Shown: one piece after another, positions 8,761 through 15,547 of the stretch
Layout of the letters: every line of letters starts with the position of its first letter
Numbering within the stretch: the first letter of the stretch is position 1
NCBI GenBank assembly: GCA_038230375.1
Contig: JBBRNJ010000116.1
Location: 1-22,361 of the forward strand
Direction: 5' to 3'
Length of the DNA: 22,361 bases
Origin: Polyangiales bacterium
GTDB lineage: Bacteria > Myxococcota_A > Polyangia > Polyangiales > Polyangiaceae
The notes under the pieces: model-generated
The model's input: the letters and a program-made list of their open reading frames with translations, nothing else
Database searches by the model: none
What the model was told of the DNA's origin: nothing
Position numbers and translations under genes: made by a program

Positions 8761-8940
8761 CGACTTCGACTTCGACTTCGACAACGACTTCGACTTCGAC
8801 TTCGACTTCGACTTCGACTTCGACAACGACTTCGACCTCGACCTCGACTTCGACCTCGACCTCGACTTCGACAACGACTTCGACCTCGACCTCGACCTCG
8901 ACCTCGACCTCGACCTCGACCTCGACCTCGACCTCGACCT
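8761..8940. repeat. Tandem hexamer array, 30 x CGAC(TT/CT/AA)
   Basis: Counted 30 units. CGACTT dominates the left part and CGACCT the right part (the last 10 are pure). CGACAA occurs at units 4, 11 and 19. Confidence 0.97.
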
Positions 8941-8966
8941 TGGCCCCGCCTAGCGCACCGGAGCAG

Positions 8967-8981
8967 TGCTGCAACGCAGCA
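8967..8981. promoter_or_regulatory. Palindromic operator TGCTGC-AAC-GCAGCA (PhaR-box-like)
   Basis: Perfect 6-3-6 palindrome containing the CTGC-N3-GCAG core described for PhaR repressors. Confidence 0.55.
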
Positions 8982-9007
8982 TCATGACACGGCTTATTTA
9001 CTAGATG

Positions 9008-9047
9008 TTGACGTCTTCCCAACCCGCGATATGTTGCGGCGCAACAT
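9008..9047 (+). promoter_or_regulatory. Candidate sigma70 promoter TTGACG-N16-TATGTT overlapped by a second palindrome ATGTTGC-GGC-GCAACAT
   Basis: -35 at 9008-9013, -10 at 9030-9035. The palindrome at 9031-9047 covers the -10 and the start of the ATG at 9046. Confidence 0.55.
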
Positions 9048-10035
9048 GATTCACGCCACCCTCAAGAGCACCGGCATCTACGTCCCCGAGATCGAGGTCA
9101 CGAACGCCTCTCTTGCGAAGCGCTTCGCGGAGTCGGCGCCGGACTTCGTCGCGAAGATGGAAGCGTCGACCGGGATCGGGACTCGCTTCTATGCGCCGGA
9201 CCCGTGGGCCACGTCGGACCTCGCGGTGCGTGCGGCGAAGCATGCTCTCACGCGCGGCGGCGTTGCGCCGGAGGATGTGGACCTCATCATCGTCGGCACC
9301 GACTCGCCGGACTACATGACGCCCGCGACCAGCACCGTGGTGCAACGGAAGCTGGGCGCGAAGAAGGCTGGCACGTACGACGTCGGGTGTGCGTGCGCGT
9401 CGTTCCCAACGGCGCTGGCAACGGCGGGCGGGCTCATGGCGACGAACCCGTGGATGAAGAATGTCCTGGTGATCGGCGCGTACATGATGCGTAAGCTCGC
9501 CGACCCGAACGACAACATGATCTTCTTCTACGGTGACGGCGCCGGCGCCGCGCTGCTCCAGCCGGGTGACAGCGGCGGTGTCATGCAGTCCGCCTACCGC
9601 GCCGATGGGAACTTCGCAGAGATGTGGGGCATCATGAGCGGCGGCACCGCAGAGCCCGCGTCCGAGGAGTCCGTGCGCGCTGGCCGCACGAACGTGCGCA
9701 TGACGGAGAAGTACCCCCCGGAGGTGAACGACGAGGGCTGGCCCGCGGTCGCGCGCTCCGTCGCAGAGCGCAATGGCTTCAAGCTGGGTGACGTGGACCA
9801 CTTCATCTTCACGCAGGTCCGCAAGCGCACCATCGAGAAGGTGATGAAGTCCCTGGAGATCCCCTTCGAGAAGGCACACACGATCATGGAGAAGTGGGGC
9901 TACACCGGCTCCGCCTGCATCCCGATGGCGCTGCACGATGCGATCGAGACCGGTCGCGCGAAGAAGGGTGACCTCTGCATGCTCGTGGGCTCCGGCGTGG
10001 GCTACAACCAGGCTGGCGTCGCGCTCCGCCTCTGA
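9046..10035 (+). CDS. 3-oxoacyl-ACP synthase III (FabH/KAS III)-like enzyme with non-canonical active site
   Basis: TGIYVPE, STGIGTR, TDSPDY..PAT, YDVGCACASF (catalytic Cys at 9394) and GDGAGA. HQAN is replaced by TQVR and GNTS by GYTG. Confidence 0.9.
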   Translation: MIHATLKSTGIYVPEIEVTNASLAKRFAESAPDFVAKMEASTGIGTRFYAPDPWATSDLAVRAAKHALTRGGVAPEDVDLIIVGTDSPDYMTPATSTVVQRKLGAKKAGTYDVGCACASFPTALATAGGLMATNPWMKNVLVIGAYMMRKLADPNDNMIFFYGDGAGAALLQPGDSGGVMQSAYRADGNFAEMWGIMSGGTAEPASEESVRAGRTNVRMTEKYPPEVNDEGWPAVARSVAERNGFKLGDVDHFIFTQVRKRTIEKVMKSLEIPFEKAHTIMEKWGYTGSACIPMALHDAIETGRAKKGDLCMLVGSGVGYNQAGVALRL

Positions 10036-10055
10036 CGGCGGTACGCTGGCGCGGC

Positions 10056-12767
10056 ATGTGGCCGATCGTTGCGCGTGACATCGTTGAAGCGTGTGGAGCG
10101 AAGGTCGTGGCAGACTGCCCGCTCGACGTGCAGCTCACTGGCATCTGCGTGGGAGATCGCGCGCCGCGCCCCGACGAGCTCTTCGTTGCGCTCCGTGAAG
10201 ATGGCAACGACTCGCACGACCACGTGGGCGCGCAGCTGGGAGCCGGCGCGGCGCTTGCGCTGGTGTCCGCGGACTGGGTGGGTCTTCTGGGACTCACCAT
10301 GGAGCAGCGCGCGCGGTGCCTCACGGCCGCGGACTCGGTCGTTGCGTTCCGCGCGCTCGCCGCGATGTTTCGCAAGCGCTTCTCGTTTCCCGTGGTCGCG
10401 GTGGCGGGCAGCAACGGCAAGACCACGGTGAAGGACATGCTCGCGGCCATGCTCTGCGGTGGAGGCTTTCGCACCACTGCCACGCGCGAGACCATGAATG
10501 GCTGGACCGGTCTCCCGTACACACTGACGCGGCGCGCGCACACCACGAAGGTCCCGCCGCACGCGCTGGTCGTGGAGATCGGTATCGATGCGGTCGGTGC
10601 CATGAAGCAGCATGCGCAGCTGGTCGACGCGGACGTCTGCGTACTCACCGCGCTGGGCCCCGAGCACCTGCACGGCCTGCGCGACGCGGATACGGCTGCG
10701 CGCGAGGAGCTCGCGCTCTTCACCGAGAGCCCGCGCGCGAGGCGCGTCTATCAGATGGCGGACGCCCGCATCCGCGCAGCGGCGCACGACGCGCGCAAGG
10801 ACGACATCGTGGTCGTCCGCGCCGAGCTCGAGCGCGCAGCGAACGTCCCGCTTGCGCGCGTTGCGTACGAGGTCGTGGAGACCACGCCCACGTCGTCCGA
10901 CGTGATGCTGTCATGGTTTCCGCGCGACGCCGAGGCCGCTGCGTGGACGGGACGCCTGCACCTGCCGATGCCAGGCTTGCATAATGCACGTAATCTGGCC
11001 GCGGCGTTCGGCGCGGGGCTTGCGGTCGGCCGCGCGCCGGACGAGCTCGCGAGAGGGCTGCGCGCATTCTCTCCGCCGCACATGCGGTGCGAGGTGCGGG
11101 AGGTCGGCAACGGCTGCACGCTGGTGGACGATGCTTACAACGCCAGTCCGGAGAGCATGCGGGCCGCGCTGGCATTGCTCGACACGCCCGCGTGGAGCGC
11201 ACGCGCGAAGGTGCTCGTTCTGGCCGACATGCTCGACCTTGGGGACGAGTCCGCCCGCTACCATGAAGAGCTCGTCGCCCCGCTGCGCGCGTGGACGGAG
11301 CGTGGCGCCACGCTGCGCCTGGTCGGCGAGGCGATGGAACCGGTCGCGCGCGCGCTGGGCATGTCCGCGCCCGCGGTCCTTCACCTGGCCGATGGTGCAA
11401 CTGCGAGCGAGGTCCTCGACGACGCCGTTCAACTGAAGGACGCCGTGGTGCTCGTGAAGGGCAGCCGCGGCATGCACCTGGAGAAGGTGATCCGCGAGCT
11501 CGAGGAGCGCTGCGCCGCCGCGTCACCGTACAAGGTCACCGGCAAGGAGAGCGATCTGCCGCAGTTCTACGGGCGCTTCACCACGGCGTCCGTCACGGGC
11601 ACCAACGGCAAGACCACGACCACCTCGCTCATCGCGCACATCGTGGCGGCCGCAGGAGAGGTCCCGGCGCGCGTGACCACGCTGGGCTCATGGGTGGGCG
11701 ACGAGCGCACGGGCACCGAGCCCACGGGCGATGCGTTCGTGCAGACGCTGGCACTGGCGGCGATGCGCGGCGTCAAGACCATCGCAGTCGAGACCACGTC
11801 ACACGCGCTCCAGCAGGGCTTCACCAAGACGTGGCCTGCGAAGGTCGCCGTCTTCACGAACCTCACGCGCGACCACCTGGACTACCACGGCTCGCCCGAG
11901 CAATACCTGGCCGCGAAGGCGCAGCTCTTCATGGACCTGCCGTCGAACGGTGTGGCGGTGCTGAACCTTGCCGACCCCGCGAGCGCGCTCCTGTCCGAGG
12001 TGGTGCCGGAAGGCGTGCGCGTGCTGGGCTACGCGGCGCGTCCAGTACATGTAGACTGCAACGAAATTCCGCTCGCGCTCTTCGCGGACGATGTGGTCGT
12101 GGATCACGACGGCACGCACGCGCGGCTCGCGCCGTCGCCGATCGCGGACGGGCTTGGCGGAAGGATCGACCTCTCGCTGCTCGGCGTCGTGCACGCGGAG
12201 AACGCGATGGCAGCGGCGCTCGCAGGGGTGGGCCTTGGGTTTCCGTTCGAGGCGATCACGCGTGCGCTGCGATCGTTCAAGGGAGTGCCCGGCCGCTTCC
12301 AGGTGGTGCACACGCGGCCCATCGTCGTGGTCGACTTCGCGCACACGCCAGACGCCCTCACGCGCACGCTGGTGCAAGCCCGCGCGCTCGTCCGCGATCG
12401 CGCCGGGAAGCTCCTCGTCGTCTTCGGCTGCGGCGGCGATCGCGACCCCGGAAAGCGTGCGCAGATGGGCGAAATCGCCTCCACCGCCGCCGATGTCGTA
12501 TGCCTCACCAGCGACAATCCGCGCAACGAAGACCCGGAAAAAATAGCCGATGCGGTGGAGATTGGAACGAAGGAAGGGGACGCCCGTCTATACCGTATTC
12601 TGGACCGGAGAGAGGCTATCGCCATGGCGATTGAGCTCGCCAGTTCGGATGATATCGTCGTCGTTGCGGGCAAAGGCCACGAGAGAGAACAGCTCGTGGG
12701 AGATACCTCGTACCCGTTCGACGACGTTGACGTCGTAGAGACCATTTTCGCGAAGAGGGGCAGATGA
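10056..12767 (+). CDS. murF-murE: Bifunctional Mur ligase fusion: N-terminal MurF-like plus C-terminal MurE-like (meso-DAP type, lacking domain 1)
   Basis: MurF half: GSNGKTT (10407), DDAYNASPESM, LADMLDLG, LVKGSRG. MurE half: VTGTNGKTT (P-loop Gly at 11598), TNLTRDHLDYHG, VDFAHTPD, FGCGGDRD, DNPR (12513), GKGHE. Confidence 0.93.
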   Translation: MWPIVARDIVEACGAKVVADCPLDVQLTGICVGDRAPRPDELFVALREDGNDSHDHVGAQLGAGAALALVSADWVGLLGLTMEQRARCLTAADSVVAFRALAAMFRKRFSFPVVAVAGSNGKTTVKDMLAAMLCGGGFRTTATRETMNGWTGLPYTLTRRAHTTKVPPHALVVEIGIDAVGAMKQHAQLVDADVCVLTALGPEHLHGLRDADTAAREELALFTESPRARRVYQMADARIRAAAHDARKDDIVVVRAELERAANVPLARVAYEVVETTPTSSDVMLSWFPRDAEAAAWTGRLHLPMPGLHNARNLAAAFGAGLAVGRAPDELARGLRAFSPPHMRCEVREVGNGCTLVDDAYNASPESMRAALALLDTPAWSARAKVLVLADMLDLGDESARYHEELVAPLRAWTERGATLRLVGEAMEPVARALGMSAPAVLHLADGATASEVLDDAVQLKDAVVLVKGSRGMHLEKVIRELEERCAAASPYKVTGKESDLPQFYGRFTTASVTGTNGKTTTTSLIAHIVAAAGEVPARVTTLGSWVGDERTGTEPTGDAFVQTLALAAMRGVKTIAVETTSHALQQGFTKTWPAKVAVFTNLTRDHLDYHGSPEQYLAAKAQLFMDLPSNGVAVLNLADPASALLSEVVPEGVRVLGYAARPVHVDCNEIPLALFADDVVVDHDGTHARLAPSPIADGLGGRIDLSLLGVVHAENAMAAALAGVGLGFPFEAITRALRSFKGVPGRFQVVHTRPIVVVDFAHTPDALTRTLVQARALVRDRAGKLLVVFGCGGDRDPGKRAQMGEIASTAADVVCLTSDNPRNEDPEKIADAVEIGTKEGDARLYRILDRREAIAMAIELASSDDIVVVAGKGHEREQLVGDTSYPFDDVDVVETIFAKRGR

Positions 12768-13216
12768 AAGTCAACCGAGAGAAGTTCCTGGCCGCTGCAT
12801 TGCTCCTGTCCACCGCCACTGGCTGCGACAAGCTTGGACTGAAGGGCAAGGAGACCGCCACGGCAGCCCCCGAGATCGTGATGAGCGCGCAGCAGCCCGA
12901 CCCCGTCGCTCCTGCCGCAGAGGGTGATCCCGCGAAGCCGGCCACCCCCACGGGCCACGCAGTCGTGATCCCGAAGAACATGAAGCCCAAGGTCGGCGTC
13001 GGCGGACCTGCGGCGGAGGGAGTCGTTGCCCCGAACAACGAAGGCGTCATCGCGATCGCCCCGAACAACGAAGGCGTGATCGGCCCGAACAACGAAGGCG
13101 CCATTCCCGCGATCGCACCCGCGAACGAGAACATCCCCGCACCCGGCCAGACCGCGAAGATCCCCACCGGCAAGGCACCCGTCATCCCGGGCGGAAGAGC
13201 CCGCGGCGTCAGGTAA
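12764..13216 (+). CDS. Small disordered lipoprotein with six P-x-x-E-(G/N) repeats
   Basis: ATGA overlap with the Mur fusion stop codon. Signal MKVNREKFLAAALLLSTATG-C. Motifs are PAAEG x2, PNNEG x3 and PANEN. Confidence 0.85.
   Translation: MKVNREKFLAAALLLSTATGCDKLGLKGKETATAAPEIVMSAQQPDPVAPAAEGDPAKPATPTGHAVVIPKNMKPKVGVGGPAAEGVVAPNNEGVIAIAPNNEGVIGPNNEGAIPAIAPANENIPAPGQTAKIPTGKAPVIPGGRARGVR
13031..13100 (+). repeat. Intragenic direct repeat CCGAACAACGAAGGCG x3 (13031, 13061, 13085) encoding PNNEG
   Basis: Exact 16-bp copies read from the sequence. Confidence 0.95.
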
Positions 13217-13223
13217 CCGTTTC

Positions 13224-14099
13224 TCAGCGGCGGCGGCGGAGAGAGACCACCTGCCCTGCGGGCTGCGGCTCGGGATCGAGCGGCGGCAGCGCGAGGACGA
13301 GTCGCTCTATGCGAGGCAGTGCTTCTTGCGCTGCCCGCTCCGCCCGCAGCTCGTCGAACGTGCCGCGATAGACGAGCACGAGCAGGTAGAGGCCGCTGAA
13401 CGAGAGCACCAGGTATCCCGTGCGCTTCTCCACGTCGACCTCGGTGTGACGTAGCGCGCGTCCCTTGTGCACGTTACCGCCCCCCGTGAATCCGGCGAGC
13501 GCGCGCACGGCCGTCAGCGCGTACTGCACGGCGGCCTCGTCGCCTTCGTCCTCCACGTTCGCGACTGCGGCATGCCCGTTCGGTCCTGCGGCGGCTGCCG
13601 AGGCGTCCACGAGCTCCGGTGCGGAGGCGTCGTCCGAGACCAGGCGCGGCGCGGACACGTCCGCGAGCGGAACGCCCATGCGTGCCGGCATCACGCCCTT
13701 GCGCGCGGAGCCCCAGAGGATGGGCGAGTCCGCGTCGATCACGACGACATCGATCGCCTGCGCACGCGCGGCCAGCGCCTTCAGCTCGTCGAAGAGCGAG
13801 ATGGAGACCGGCGGGCGTGACGCACGAAATTTCTCACCGGATGGGTCGGCGAGCGACTCGGCGAAGGTGGAGACCAGGATGCCGAGGCGCCTTCGCAGCG
13901 CTTCCATGTCTCCAGGCTCGTTCTCGAACGTGACGAGCACCGTGCGCCCATCCGGAAGGCGATGGTGCGCGACGTTCTGCGCGAATGGCGGCGTCTCGGT
14001 CGGGTCAAGGAGGCGCACGTCGCTGCCTCCGAGCTCGCGCCGAACCAGTGCCGAAAAGCGGTCGAACGATGATTCCAAGGGCAGCTCCGGAGGGAGCAC
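13224..14099 (-). CDS. Hypothetical protein, possibly with a roadblock/longin-like C-terminal domain
   Basis: GC3-biased ORF convergent on the lipoprotein gene. Start moved to GTG 14099 (or TTG 14078) because the longer ORF overlaps the divergent ABC1 gene. The fold guess comes only from the helix/strand pattern. Confidence 0.7.
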   Translation of the reverse strand: MLPPELPLESSFDRFSALVRRELGGSDVRLLDPTETPPFAQNVAHHRLPDGRTVLVTFENEPGDMEALRRRLGILVSTFAESLADPSGEKFRASRPPVSISLFDELKALAARAQAIDVVVIDADSPILWGSARKGVMPARMGVPLADVSAPRLVSDDASAPELVDASAAAAGPNGHAAVANVEDEGDEAAVQYALTAVRALAGFTGGGNVHKGRALRHTEVDVEKRTGYLVLSFSGLYLLVLVYRGTFDELRAERAAQEALPRIERLVLALPPLDPEPQPAGQVVSLRRRR

Positions 14100-14191
14100 G
14101 GACTTAGCAGATGGCCTGGCTCCTTGTCGCCACCAACCCACGCCCCTAGGTGTAGGCTCACCTTGGAGGCCCGCGCCTTCAGAGCGTCGAG

Positions 14192-15466
14192 ATGCCAGAT
14201 CACCGCAAAATACCGACGTCCCGGCTCTCCCGGCTTGCCCGGCTGGCCTCGGTAGGCGCCCGGGCCGGCGCAAGCGCGGTGATGGGCGGCAAGGGCCGCG
14301 GCGCGGCGGAGCAGGCTGCAGAGGTGCTCGGGACCATGCGCGGGCTCGCCGCGAAGATGGGACAGATGGCGAGCTATGTGGACGGCGTCATCCCCGAAGG
14401 CCAGCGCGACGCGTATGAGCGCGCGATGAGCATGCTGCGCTCGCAGGCGCCGCGCTCCAGCCCGGAGGAGGTGCAGAAGACCGTCGAGACCGAGCTCTCC
14501 GGGACGCTCACGGAGCTGTTCGCGGAATGGAATGAGGTCCCGATCGCCAGCGCCTCCATCGGTCAGGTTCACGAGGCCACGCTGCACGACGGTCGCAAGG
14601 TCGCCGTGAAGGTCCAGCATCATGGCATCCACGCCGCGGTCGAGAGCGATCTCTCCAATGCATCCGTGCTCGAGGGAATGGCCGGCGCGATGGGCGGGCG
14701 TCGGTTCGACTCCAAGGCCCTGCTCTCCGTCATCAAGGCGCGGTTTCGCGAGGAGCTCGACTACGAGCTGGAGGGCCGCCGCGTGCTTGCATTTCGCGAG
14801 CTCCACGCAGGCGATCCCACGATCGAGATCCCGGAGCTCGTCGCTTCGCACTCCGGGAAGCGCGTCCTCACCTCCCTGTTCGTGCGCGGCAAATCGTTCG
14901 AGGAAGCATGCGCCTCCTCCGAGGACGACCGGCGTGCGTGGGCGGAGACGCTCTGGCGGTTCGTGTTCAAGGGCAACCTGGTGCTCGGCATGTTCAACGC
15001 CGACCCACACCCCGGAAACTACTTCTTCCGGGAGGGCGGCAAGGTCGCCTTCGTGGACTACGGGTGCGTTCAGGAGCTGACGCCGTTCCACCGGGACTGG
15101 GCGCGCAAGGTCCACGAGGCGGCGCTCCTGAAGGACGAGAAGGCGTTCCTTCACGGGGTGAGCCAGCTGATTGGTGCGAAGCCCGGCAAGCTGGAGGACG
15201 CTGCGCAGGCGTACACGCGTGTGTGCTTCGAGCCGCTTTTTTCCTCGCCGTATCGCATGACGCGGGCGTACGCGGGTGGGCTTGTTGCAGGCATGAAGGG
15301 GATGGCCAAGGACGCGGCAAAGGTGCCCGAGTCCGAGTTCTTCACCATGCCTCCCCACATGCTCTTCCTGAACAGACTACAGTTCGGCTTCTACTCGGTG
15401 CTCGCAAGGCTGGATGTGGACTGCGACTACGCGGCCGTGGAGCGGGCGTTCCTCACGGCATCCTGA
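14192..15466 (+). CDS. ABC1/UbiB/AarF family atypical kinase
   Basis: KMGQ (KxGQ), ASASIGQVH, VAVKVQ, EELDY, ADPHPGN and VDYG motifs. Confidence 0.95.
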   Translation: MPDHRKIPTSRLSRLARLASVGARAGASAVMGGKGRGAAEQAAEVLGTMRGLAAKMGQMASYVDGVIPEGQRDAYERAMSMLRSQAPRSSPEEVQKTVETELSGTLTELFAEWNEVPIASASIGQVHEATLHDGRKVAVKVQHHGIHAAVESDLSNASVLEGMAGAMGGRRFDSKALLSVIKARFREELDYELEGRRVLAFRELHAGDPTIEIPELVASHSGKRVLTSLFVRGKSFEEACASSEDDRRAWAETLWRFVFKGNLVLGMFNADPHPGNYFFREGGKVAFVDYGCVQELTPFHRDWARKVHEAALLKDEKAFLHGVSQLIGAKPGKLEDAAQAYTRVCFEPLFSSPYRMTRAYAGGLVAGMKGMAKDAAKVPESEFFTMPPHMLFLNRLQFGFYSVLARLDVDCDYAAVERAFLTAS

Positions 15467-15547
15467 TGTAGCTGCCATCGACATCCCTGCATTAAGGGGG
15501 CACTATGTGTAGGTGACCTCGCATCTCGTCACCGCTTGGAGGGGCTC

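Noticed and set aside
8761..8940. Possible CRISPR array
   Set aside because: The unit is 6 bp with no unique spacers, and no cas genes are present.
8738..9022. N-terminal (VE)n extension of the serine hydrolase, and the (ST)n and (DF/DL)n ORFs on the plus strand
   Set aside because: All are translations of the stop-free hexamer array. The signal peptide begins after the array, so the real start is 8737 or 8719.
11500..11600. Fusion as a sequencing artefact joining adjacent murF and murE genes
   Set aside because: Native dcw order is murE then murF, and the MurE domain 1 is absent rather than frameshifted. Read-level confirmation would still be useful.
10056..12767. Cyanophycin synthetase or poly-gamma-glutamate synthase (CapB) identity for the 903-aa protein
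   Set aside because: There is no ATP-grasp domain. It has two Mur-type P-loops with MurF-specific (DxYNA, KGSR) and MurE-specific (DNPR, GKGHE) motifs.
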